Below are positions 17,352 through 24,977 of a stretch of DNA of 64,000 nt, one piece after another. This DNA comes from Acidimicrobiaceae bacterium. Lineage in GTDB: Bacteria; Actinomycetota; Acidimicrobiia; Acidimicrobiales; RAAP-2. The notes under the pieces were generated by a model. That model was given only the letters and a program-made list of their open reading frames with translations, had not been told where the DNA came from and made no database searches. Each line of letters begins with the position of its first letter. Within the stretch, counting starts at the first letter, position 1. The position numbers and the translations under genes are program-made. The DNA lies in contig PLZF01000098.1 in assembly GCA_003152015.1 (NCBI GenBank), forward strand, positions 1,451 through 65,450. The letters run 5' to 3'.

Positions 17352-19313
17352 TCACCTGGCGCTCTCTGCTCCGACGTGGGCGCCGCTTCCGATCTCCAGC
17401 GCTCGCCGGCGCCCTTCCAGTATCGCTTCGAGCACGGTGCGGGGCGCCACGCAGTCCCCGGCCCGCGGCGTCCCCGGCCGCTCCAGGTACAACGCTTCCT
17501 CCGGCAGTCGATGGTTGCAGTCGACGATGACGGCGCAGTCGATCTCCCGACGCTCCCCGGTCCAGACGTCGTCGAGCTGGGCCCGGCCACCCTTCGCCCC
17601 CCGGAGGATGGCCCGGAGCTCGCGTTTCACCCCGGCGCGTTGCAACCGGGTATTGGCATCGGCCAGATCTCCGGTGAGCGCCAGCTGGGTGCCGACGATC
17701 TGATCGGAGGTGACGATCGCCACCTCGCGCCCCTCGCCCGCCAGCCATTCGGCCGCGCCGACGGCGACAGGTCCACCCACCGGATCGTGGACCACCACCG
17801 GGCCGACCGGGAGCCGGTCCGGGCCTCCCGCCAGCAACGAGGCCACATCGACGACGGTGATGGTTTCGTCGACGGGAATCTCGAACGGCAACGGCCTGGA
17901 GCCGGTGGCGATGACCACCGCGGTGCCCTGGCCAGCGGCGGTGTCGAGATCAGAGGCAGTGAGCTCGGTGCCGAGGTCCACCTTCACCCCCGATACCCGG
18001 CACTCGCCGGCCAGCCACTCGGCCAGGTCGGCCATCCGCTCGCGGCCCGGGCCCACCGCCGCAGTTCGTGCCGATCCGCCCAGCTGCCGGTCCCGTTCAA
18101 CCAGCCGCACCCGGTGGCCCCGACCGGCCAGCACCCGGGCACACTCGAGGCCGGCCACGCCACCCCCCACCACCAGAACATCGCCGGCCACCGGGTCGGT
18201 GCCCCCGATATCCGGGTCGCTGGTCTCGTGGCCGCTACGCGGCTCGCCCACACAGCTCACTATGGGATTGCGGTTGTCGCGCACGTGACAGGCCTGATTG
18301 CAGAGAATGCACGGGCGAATCCTTTGCGCCGCCCCGTTGCGGAACAGGGTGACGAGCCGCGGGTCGGCGATCTGGGCCCGGGTCATCTCCACCAGGTCGG
18401 CGGTGGCGTCGTCCAGCGCGGCTTGGGCCACCCCGGGGTCGATCACGCTTCCCTGCAGCACCACCGGCACCCGGCCCTCCGCTGACCCACGCATGCGCCG
18501 GCACAGGTCGGCATTGAAGGCGGCCGGGGTATGGCCGTCGGGACGATAGGCGGACCCGGAGAACGGGCCACCCCGCACCACCACCACCAGGTCCACCTGG
18601 TCGGCTAGGGCCGCAACGTGATCGGCGGCGTGGTCGGGAGTGACCCCCGCCCACGGGGCCAGCTCATCGCAGCACAGCCGGATCGACACCAGGTGATCGT
18701 CGCCGATCGCATGGCGCACCGCGGCCACCACCTCGACCGTCAGCCGCAACCGGTCGGTCCCGTAGCCGTCGTCCCGCAGGTTGGTCAGGCCCGAATGGAA
18801 CTGGCGCAATAACGAGAAGGGACCGATGTCGATCTCCACACCGTCGAGACCCGAGGCGGTAGCCAATCGGGCGGCGTGGGCGAATCCGGCCACCAGCTGG
18901 CCGATCTCGTCCTGCTCCATCTCCATGGGCATCTCCCGGTTGATGGCATCGGCCACCGGCGAGGGCGCCCACATCACCGATTGGGAGTACGCGCTGGATC
19001 CCTGTCCGCCGGCGTGGCCCAGTCCAGCCATCACCAGGGTCCCGTGCGGGTGACAGGCTGCGGCAGTGGCCGCCCACCCGGGCCCGCACTCGGTGGCCAG
19101 CGGCGCACGTTCATAGGGCCAGTCCGACGGGTGCACCGAGGCCGTCTCGGTCACGATGATGCCGCTGCCCCCCGCCGCCCGGGCCTGGTAGTAGGCCACG
19201 TGACGATGGCTGATGGCACGGTCGTCGCCCAAATTGGTCTCGTGGGGACCGAAGATCACCCTCGAAGGGGCGGTTCTTCCGGCCACGGTGATGGCGTCGA
19301 CCAGGCTGGCCAC
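17352..19313 (-). CDS. FadH/OYE-family NADH:flavin oxidoreductase, mycofactocin-associated paralog
   Basis: 653 aa. OYE barrel, Cys cluster CILCNQACHVRDNRNPIVSCVGEP, and VLVVGGGVAGLECARVLAGRGHRVRLVE. Starts 3 nt after the mftC stop. Confidence 0.85.
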   Translation of the reverse strand: MASLVDAITVAGRTAPSRVIFGPHETNLGDDRAISHRHVAYYQARAAGGSGIIVTETASVHPSDWPYERAPLATECGPGWAATAAACHPHGTLVMAGLGHAGGQGSSAYSQSVMWAPSPVADAINREMPMEMEQDEIGQLVAGFAHAARLATASGLDGVEIDIGPFSLLRQFHSGLTNLRDDGYGTDRLRLTVEVVAAVRHAIGDDHLVSIRLCCDELAPWAGVTPDHAADHVAALADQVDLVVVVRGGPFSGSAYRPDGHTPAAFNADLCRRMRGSAEGRVPVVLQGSVIDPGVAQAALDDATADLVEMTRAQIADPRLVTLFRNGAAQRIRPCILCNQACHVRDNRNPIVSCVGEPRSGHETSDPDIGGTDPVAGDVLVVGGGVAGLECARVLAGRGHRVRLVERDRQLGGSARTAAVGPGRERMADLAEWLAGECRVSGVKVDLGTELTASDLDTAAGQGTAVVIATGSRPLPFEIPVDETITVVDVASLLAGGPDRLPVGPVVVHDPVGGPVAVGAAEWLAGEGREVAIVTSDQIVGTQLALTGDLADANTRLQRAGVKRELRAILRGAKGGRAQLDDVWTGERREIDCAVIVDCNHRLPEEALYLERPGTPRAGDCVAPRTVLEAILEGRRRALEIGSGAHVGAESAR

Positions 19314-19316
19314 CTG

Positions 19317-20606
19317 TCAGTGTGGGTGGCTGTGGGGGTCGAAGGCGGCGAGGGGATTCTCGTCGCAGGCCCGGTCAGGACGGCGGGGGAGGAGGGCCAC
19401 CGCCACCGGGGTGGCCGACGGGCCCGACAGGTCCGGGCCGCCCGGGGCGGTGCGTGGTGACGTGCGTGAGTGGTCGGGCGATGACTGAGGCAGGACGGTG
19501 TCCCCCACCGCGGCCAGCAACGCCTCACCGTTGCCGAGCACACACTCGGGGTCGGGCCCGTCGAGGGGAAGCCCTGTAAAGAACTTGGCCGCCATGCATC
19601 CGCCCCGGCAGGCGTCGTAGCTCCCGCACGACCGACACGCTCCCCCGGTATCGGGCCGGCGAAGGTCGGTGAAGAGGTCGGAGGACTTCCAGACCCGGTC
19701 GAAACCACCAGGGGACCGCACGTTCCCGGCCAGAAATTCGTCATGAATGGCGAAGGGGCAGGCGTAGACATCGCCGACCGGGTCGACCAGGCAGACCACC
19801 CGGCCAGCGCCACACAGGTTGAGTCCGGGGAGCGATTCGCCGTAGCCGGCCAGATGGAAGAAGGAGTCACCGGTCAGTACCTGCTCACCGTGGGCCAGCA
19901 GCCATGCATACAGCGTCCGCTGTTGGTCGGCGGTCGGATGGAGTTCGTCCCACACGTCGGCCCCGCGCCCCGAGGGGCGTAACCGGGTGAGTCGGAGTTG
20001 GGCTTGGTACTTGTCGGCGAGCGCCTTGAAGGCGTCGAGTTGGGAGACGTTCTGGCGGGTGACCACCACCGAGAGTTTGAATCCGACGAAGCCGGCCGCG
20101 GCCATCCGCTCCAGGGCCCGAATGGCGGTGTCGAAGGAGCCGATGCCCCGTATTGCGTCGTTGACGTCGGAGGTGGCGCCGTCGAGGGAGATCTGCACGT
20201 CCACGTAGTCGCTCGATGCCAGTCGCTCGGCCACCTCGGGGGTGATTCTCGATCCATTGGTGGAGAACTTCACCCCGACGTGGTGGTCGGTGGCGTAGTC
20301 GACCAACTCCCAGAAGTCGCGGCGGATGGTGGGCTCGCCTCCGCCGATATTGACGTAGAAGATCTGCATCCGCTCGAACTCGTCGATGAGCGTCTTGCAC
20401 TCGGCGGTGGACAGCTCCCTCGGATCGCGGCGTCCCGAGCTCGAGAGGCAGTGCACACAGGCCAAGTTACAGGCGTAGGTGAGCTCCCAAGTCAGGCAGA
20501 TGGGGGCGTCGAGGCCCAGTTGGAACTGGTCGACCAATCGCTCGGTGGTCGGGCGCTCGGTGGTCGGGCGCCCGGTGGTCGGGCGCTCGGTGGTGACCAG
20601 GGTCAT
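19317..20606 (-). CDS. mftC: mycofactocin radical SAM maturase MftC
   Basis: Radical SAM motif CNLACVHC, SPASM-type C-terminal Cys clusters (CRSCGSYDACRGGC...CV), and its position after mftB (ATGA overlap). Confidence 0.95.
   Translation of the reverse strand: MTLVTTERPTTGRPTTERPTTERLVDQFQLGLDAPICLTWELTYACNLACVHCLSSSGRRDPRELSTAECKTLIDEFERMQIFYVNIGGGEPTIRRDFWELVDYATDHHVGVKFSTNGSRITPEVAERLASSDYVDVQISLDGATSDVNDAIRGIGSFDTAIRALERMAAAGFVGFKLSVVVTRQNVSQLDAFKALADKYQAQLRLTRLRPSGRGADVWDELHPTADQQRTLYAWLLAHGEQVLTGDSFFHLAGYGESLPGLNLCGAGRVVCLVDPVGDVYACPFAIHDEFLAGNVRSPGGFDRVWKSSDLFTDLRRPDTGGACRSCGSYDACRGGCMAAKFFTGLPLDGPDPECVLGNGEALLAAVGDTVLPQSSPDHSRTSPRTAPGGPDLSGPSATPVAVALLPRRPDRACDENPLAAFDPHSHPH
20541..20598. 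repeat. 15-bp tandem repeat, about 3.7 copies, in the first codons of mftC
   Basis: The unit ctcggtggtcgggcg occurs at 20541 and 20556, at 20571 with one mismatch, and as a partial copy from 20586. It encodes TTERP TTGRP TTERP TTER. Confidence 0.95.
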
Positions 20607-20905
20607 GGCGCTCTCCGTTCGCAGATCATGCCGGACTCGGCCAGGGTGGTCAGAGCCCGCTCGTAGTTGGGAAGATCATCGGGCGCCACGCCCGCCGCCG
20701 TGCAGGCATCTCGACCGGTGGGTTGGGCGGCCAGGGACGACACCACCGCCAACAGGGTGGGGCTCTTCAAAAAGGAGAGCCGACGGGTACCGAAGTGGTA
20801 CGCCAGTGCGCCGAACGACTCCGGCCTGAGAGACACCTGCGGGTGCAGGGCCCAGGGAAGGGAGGAGTCGAAGGACGTGGTACCAGTCGGGACGGTGGGT
20901 GGCAT
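20603..20905 (-). CDS. mftB: mycofactocin biosynthesis chaperone MftB (PqqD-like RRE protein)
   Basis: 100-aa ORF. LHPQVSLRPESFGALAYHFGTRRLSFLKSP is the conserved MftB core. Lies between mftA and mftC. Confidence 0.9.
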   Translation of the reverse strand: MPPTVPTGTTSFDSSLPWALHPQVSLRPESFGALAYHFGTRRLSFLKSPTLLAVVSSLAAQPTGRDACTAAGVAPDDLPNYERALTTLAESGMICERRAP

Positions 20906-20945
20906 TAGCCGTGCAGGGCTGTGGCGGGTATCGGCGTCGTAGGGC

Positions 20946-21092
20946 TTAGTAGACGCCGCACATGCCGTCGATCGACACGTCCTCGACCAGCAGTTCTGCT
21001 TCGACGAATTGATCGTCGTCGGTGCGCCCCTCGGCCAACGAGTTTGTGGTGGGGACCGACGAATCGCGGTTCTCGGTGGTGGGATCAGTCAT
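20946..21092 (-). CDS. mftA: mycofactocin precursor peptide MftA (48 aa, not in the ORF track)
   Basis: My own translation gives MTDPTTENRDSSVPTTNSLAEGRTDDDQFVEAELLVEDVSIDGMCGVY*. The canonical C-terminal IDGMCGVY is present. GGGAGG RBS lies 5 nt upstream, and the gene sits 40 nt upstream of mftB. Confidence 0.9.
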   Translation of the reverse strand: MTDPTTENRDSSVPTTNSLAEGRTDDDQFVEAELLVEDVSIDGMCGVY

Positions 21093-21139
21093 GGGAACCT
21101 CCCGAATTCGGCCGGCTCGGGCCGGCAGGTTAACGATGT

Positions 21140-21160
21140 ATTGACTTTATAGCACTCAAT
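21140..21160. promoter_or_regulatory. imperfect inverted repeat ATTGA-N11-TCAAT in the AT-rich mftA/mftR divergent promoter region (candidate MftR operator)
   Basis: ATTGA at 21140-21144 and TCAAT at 21156-21160, inside the only AT-rich stretch of the 66-nt intergenic region. It overlaps the first possible mftR start codon. Confidence 0.25.
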
Positions 21161-21872
21161 GCCAAAATGGAAGCCTATGGCCGATGTGGACACAGAAGGG
21201 ACCGAGGGGGTCGGAGCGCCCGCGGCCCGCCCATCCGCCGATGTGGCCCGCGGTCGCCGGCCCAGCACCACCCGAGAGCACATCGCCCGGAAAGCCCTCG
21301 ACCTCTTCGACCGGCGTGGGTTCGACGCCACCACCGTCGACGAGATCGCCTCGGCCGTGGGGATCAGCCGGCGCACCTTCTTCCGCTACTACGACTCCAA
21401 ACGCGATGTGGTGTGGGGGGAGTTCGACGCCGAGATGGTTCGGCTTCGGGACCAGCTCATGGGTGCTCCCCGCGACGAGCCGATGATGGACGTGCTGCGG
21501 CGGGCGGTGGTGGCGACCAATCGATTCGGGGCCGGGGAGCTCGATGAGTTGCGGATCCGGATGGGCCTCATCAGCACGGTCCCGGCCCTGGTAGCGCACT
21601 CCGCGGTGAGGTACACCGAGTGGTGCGATGTGGTCGCCGACTTCGTGGCCCGCCGGGTCGGAGGATCTCCGGAGGGCCTGGGGCCACAAACGGTGGCTCG
21701 AGCCGCCCTGGGTGCGGCGATGGCGGCGTTTGCCTGTTGGGCCCGCCACGACAGCGATGACCTGACCGGCGAGGTTGATCGGGCGTTCCGGCTTTTGGCT
21801 ACCGGTTTCGACGAGAACCGGCTCGGACGGTGGGTCACCAGTGACCCACCGTCATCGTCATCCGGGGCCTGA
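21159..21872 (+). CDS. mftR: TetR-family mycofactocin system transcriptional regulator MftR (alternative start 21177)
   Basis: HTH block TREHIARKALDLFDRRGFDATTVDEIASAVGISRRTFFRYYDSKRDVV. Divergent from mftA. Confidence 0.8.
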   Translation: MPKWKPMADVDTEGTEGVGAPAARPSADVARGRRPSTTREHIARKALDLFDRRGFDATTVDEIASAVGISRRTFFRYYDSKRDVVWGEFDAEMVRLRDQLMGAPRDEPMMDVLRRAVVATNRFGAGELDELRIRMGLISTVPALVAHSAVRYTEWCDVVADFVARRVGGSPEGLGPQTVARAALGAAMAAFACWARHDSDDLTGEVDRAFRLLATGFDENRLGRWVTSDPPSSSSGA

Positions 21873-21953
21873 CTCGACGCGACGGCTGGGTCGGCGCGAA
21901 GCTGGCGGCGAACCGCACGACGTCAGAGCCGCCAAATGGAGAGGACCACTCAC

Positions 21954-23105
21954 ATGAAGACCCGCGCAGCAGTCTGTACAGGGCTCCACGAACCTTGGAA
22001 AGTCGAAGAGATCGAAGTCGACGAGCCTGGTCCGCACGAAGTGCGGGTCCAGATGGCGTATGCGGGTATGTGTCACTCCGATGAGCACCTGCGCACCGGC
22101 GACATGGCACCTCCGCCGGAGGTCATGTCGGTGTTCGGGGTCGACTCCCTCTACCCGATCGTCGGCGGCCACGAGGGTGCGGGCATCGTCTCCGAGGTCG
22201 GGCCGGGCGTCGAGACGTTGGCCAAGGGCGACCACGTGGCCATGTCATTCATCCCCTCGTGTGGGCGTTGCCACTGGTGCGCGTCGGGCCGCCAGTACCT
22301 CTGCGATCTGGGGATGACGATTCTCGCCGGTCCGATGATGAGCGACGGCCAGTGGCGTCACCACCTCGATGGTCAGAAGCTGAACCGGATGACCCAGCTG
22401 GGGACGTTCACCGATTCGTTGCTGGCCAACGAGAACTCGCTGGTCAAGATCGATTCGGGGGTGTCGATGAAGGCCGCCGCTCTGATCAGCTGCGGACTGG
22501 CCACCGGATTCGGCTCGGTGGTCGACCGTGCTGCCGTGAAGCCGGGAGAGACGGTGGTCGTCATCGGCTGTGGCGGTGTCGGCTCCGGAGCGCTCCAAGG
22601 GGCGAAGATCGGTGGAGCGCGTTACATTGTCGCCGTCGACCCGCTGCCCTTCAAAGTGGAGAAGGCCAAGCAGATCGGCGCTACCCATGGCGCGGCGTCC
22701 ATCCTCGAAGCCGCCATGATGCTCCCCGAGCTCACCGAGGGACGCATGGCCGACGTGGTCATTCTCACCCCCGGGGTCCTCACCGGAGATCTGGTCGGGC
22801 CGGCCATGCAGTTGGCCAGCAAGGACGGCCGGGTGGTGGCGACCGCCATCGCTCCGATCACCCAGGACCAGGTCTCGCTCAATTTGTTCAACCTGGCAAT
22901 GTTCAATCAGTCCCTGCTCGGAACGGTCTTCGGCTCGTGCAGCCCGCGGGTGCAGATCCCCAATCTTCTCCGTCTGTACCAGGCCGGCCTGCTTGAGGTG
23001 GACAAGTTGATCACCCAGGAATACACGCTCGATCAGGTACAGAACGGCTATGACGACCTGGCGGCCGGAGTCAATGTCCGCGGCGTGGTGAAGTTCGATA
23101 TCTGA
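21954..23105 (+). CDS. NDMA-dependent (nicotinoprotein) zinc alcohol dehydrogenase, mycofactocin-associated type
   Basis: Frame trimmed to the ATG at 21954, with a GGAGAGG RBS. GMCHSDEH and GHEGAGIV zinc-ADH motifs, plus the extended loop DMAPPPEVMSVFGVDSLYP typical of the NDMA-ADH subfamily. Confidence 0.85.
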   Translation: MKTRAAVCTGLHEPWKVEEIEVDEPGPHEVRVQMAYAGMCHSDEHLRTGDMAPPPEVMSVFGVDSLYPIVGGHEGAGIVSEVGPGVETLAKGDHVAMSFIPSCGRCHWCASGRQYLCDLGMTILAGPMMSDGQWRHHLDGQKLNRMTQLGTFTDSLLANENSLVKIDSGVSMKAAALISCGLATGFGSVVDRAAVKPGETVVVIGCGGVGSGALQGAKIGGARYIVAVDPLPFKVEKAKQIGATHGAASILEAAMMLPELTEGRMADVVILTPGVLTGDLVGPAMQLASKDGRVVATAIAPITQDQVSLNLFNLAMFNQSLLGTVFGSCSPRVQIPNLLRLYQAGLLEVDKLITQEYTLDQVQNGYDDLAAGVNVRGVVKFDI

Positions 23106-23200
23106 GACAAGCCTGGGCGGGATCTGATCCAGATCGGTCCGTCGTCCATCGAATTGAATGCGGCTGCCCGGGTGCGTATGGCATCCGGGCGGTGCCGCGT

Positions 23201-23244
23201 CTGAGGGCGGACTGAGGGCGGACTGAGGGCGGACTGAGGGCCCC
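23201..23244. repeat. 11-bp tandem repeat, 4 copies, intergenic
   Basis: ctgagggcgga three times, then ctgagggcccc. Lies between the ADH stop and the esterase start. Confidence 0.9.
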
Positions 23245-23283
23245 GTCGGTTGAGGGCAGCAGGGGACAGGCGGTACTACCCTC

Positions 23284-24906
23284 ATGAAAATGCGCCGGGG
23301 GATCGCTTGCGTGGTTGTGATCTGTAGTGCTCTCTTGCTGGGGGCGTGTGGGTCATCGGGGACGAAGTCCATCAGGTGGCCTCAGCCGCTGCTCATCAAG
23401 ACGGCCGATGGTTTGGTCAACGGGGTCAGCACGGCGACAACCCGACAGTTCCTGGGTATCCCCTTCGCCCAGCCGCCGGTGGGCGCACTCCGATGGCAAG
23501 CCCCGCAGCCGCCAACGCCATGGTCGTCGACTCTCGACGCCGACAAGGCCAGCGCCGAGTGTCCTCAGATCACCCCGGTGGTCAATGTCCTGACCGGCAA
23601 CGAGGACTGCCTCTATCTCAACGTGTTCGCCCCCAAGGCGGTACCGGCAACACCTCGTCCGGTGATGGTGTGGATCTACGGCGGAGGTTTCACAGTGGGC
23701 AGTTCCACTGACGACAGCCCGGCGAACTTTGCCGCCAATGACAACACAGTCACCGTCAGCTTCAACTACCGGCTCGGGCCTCTCGGGTTCTTGGCATTGC
23801 CGGCACTGGCCCAGCAGGACCCCCACCATTCCACCGGTGACCTCGGGTTGCTCGACCAGCAGGCGGCGCTGCGATGGGTACAGGCCAATATCGCCGCGTT
23901 CGGCGGCGATCCGCACAACGTGACCATCTTTGGGGAGTCGGCCGGCGGCATCAGTGTCTGCGCGCAGCTCCTTTCGCCGAGGTCGGTGGGCCTGTTCCAA
24001 AAAGGGATCACCGAAAGTGGCCCTTGCACACTTCCCAGCATGGCCCTGGATGCGGCGGAAACCCAGGGAGCCGCGCTGGCATCGAAGCTGGGGTGCACCT
24101 CTGGCCCGGACCTGTTGGACTGCATGCGGTCGAAACCGGCTCCACAGGTCGCTTTGGCCATGCCGCCGGATCCGTCATTTCTCTTCGGTTCTGGTGCCAC
24201 CTGGGACCCGGTCAGCGACGGGGTGACCCTGCCCACCGATCCGGGTGCCGCCTTGGACAGTGGCCACTTCCACCATGTCCCGATGATTGTCGGGGCCAAT
24301 CGGGATGAAGGCCGACTGTTTGTCGCCCTCCACTACAACCTGATGGGCAACAACCTCACCGATGCCCAGTGGGCCCCTACGGTCGATACCTACTTCGGTT
24401 CCACGGTGGGGGCGAAGGTGCAACAGGAGTATCCACTCTCCGCCTACCCGGATGCCGGTGCGGCATTCGGCCAGGCCATCGGCGATGCCGTGCTGGCCTG
24501 CCCGGCGGTGGCGAGTGCCGGGGTGCTCTCGAAGTACGTCCCGGTCTACGAGTACGAGTACGACCAGACCCCCAACCCGTTTGTGTTGCCTACGCCGGGG
24601 ATCGACCTCGGGGCGTTCCACTCCAGTGAGCTTCCCTACGTCTTTGACGGACCCGTCGAATCGAGTGGGAACATCGCCTTCACTCCGGCGCAACAGAAGC
24701 TGGCCACCACCATCAGTGGCGCCTGGGCCCGCTTCGCCGCTACCGGCAATCCGGCCGGCGGGGGACTGGTGTGGCCGGAGTTGTCGAAGCTGGGTGGGCG
24801 GTATGTGTCGTTGAATACTCCGATTTCGGTGAAGACGAACATGTTGGCGCCGCGTTGCCGGTTCTGGGCCATGTCGGGTTTCTCCGTCGCCAAGACGACG
24901 AGATGA
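23284..24906 (+). CDS. type-B carboxylesterase/lipase family lipoprotein
   Basis: MKMRRGIACVVVICSALLLGACGSS lipobox signal. GESAGG nucleophile elbow. EDCLYLNVF and WIYGGGF motifs. Confidence 0.85.
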   Translation: MKMRRGIACVVVICSALLLGACGSSGTKSIRWPQPLLIKTADGLVNGVSTATTRQFLGIPFAQPPVGALRWQAPQPPTPWSSTLDADKASAECPQITPVVNVLTGNEDCLYLNVFAPKAVPATPRPVMVWIYGGGFTVGSSTDDSPANFAANDNTVTVSFNYRLGPLGFLALPALAQQDPHHSTGDLGLLDQQAALRWVQANIAAFGGDPHNVTIFGESAGGISVCAQLLSPRSVGLFQKGITESGPCTLPSMALDAAETQGAALASKLGCTSGPDLLDCMRSKPAPQVALAMPPDPSFLFGSGATWDPVSDGVTLPTDPGAALDSGHFHHVPMIVGANRDEGRLFVALHYNLMGNNLTDAQWAPTVDTYFGSTVGAKVQQEYPLSAYPDAGAAFGQAIGDAVLACPAVASAGVLSKYVPVYEYEYDQTPNPFVLPTPGIDLGAFHSSELPYVFDGPVESSGNIAFTPAQQKLATTISGAWARFAATGNPAGGGLVWPELSKLGGRYVSLNTPISVKTNMLAPRCRFWAMSGFSVAKTTR

Positions 24907-24977
24907 ACCTGCATGGCTGACCGCCGATCCCGGAGCTGGTGTATCCCATCGGGGTTGTAAGGAGAGGGGAGAAGCGG

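Noticed and set aside
15593-17530. Very long antisense ORFs opposite real genes. Examples are 15593..17530 (+), 22245..23372 (-), 51210..52760 (-), 37649..38338 (-), 25224..26240 (-) and 17250..18485 (+).
   Set aside because: These are typical high-GC shadow frames. They have Arg/Gly/Pro-rich low-complexity translations and no motifs. Each lies fully inside a confidently identified gene on the other strand.
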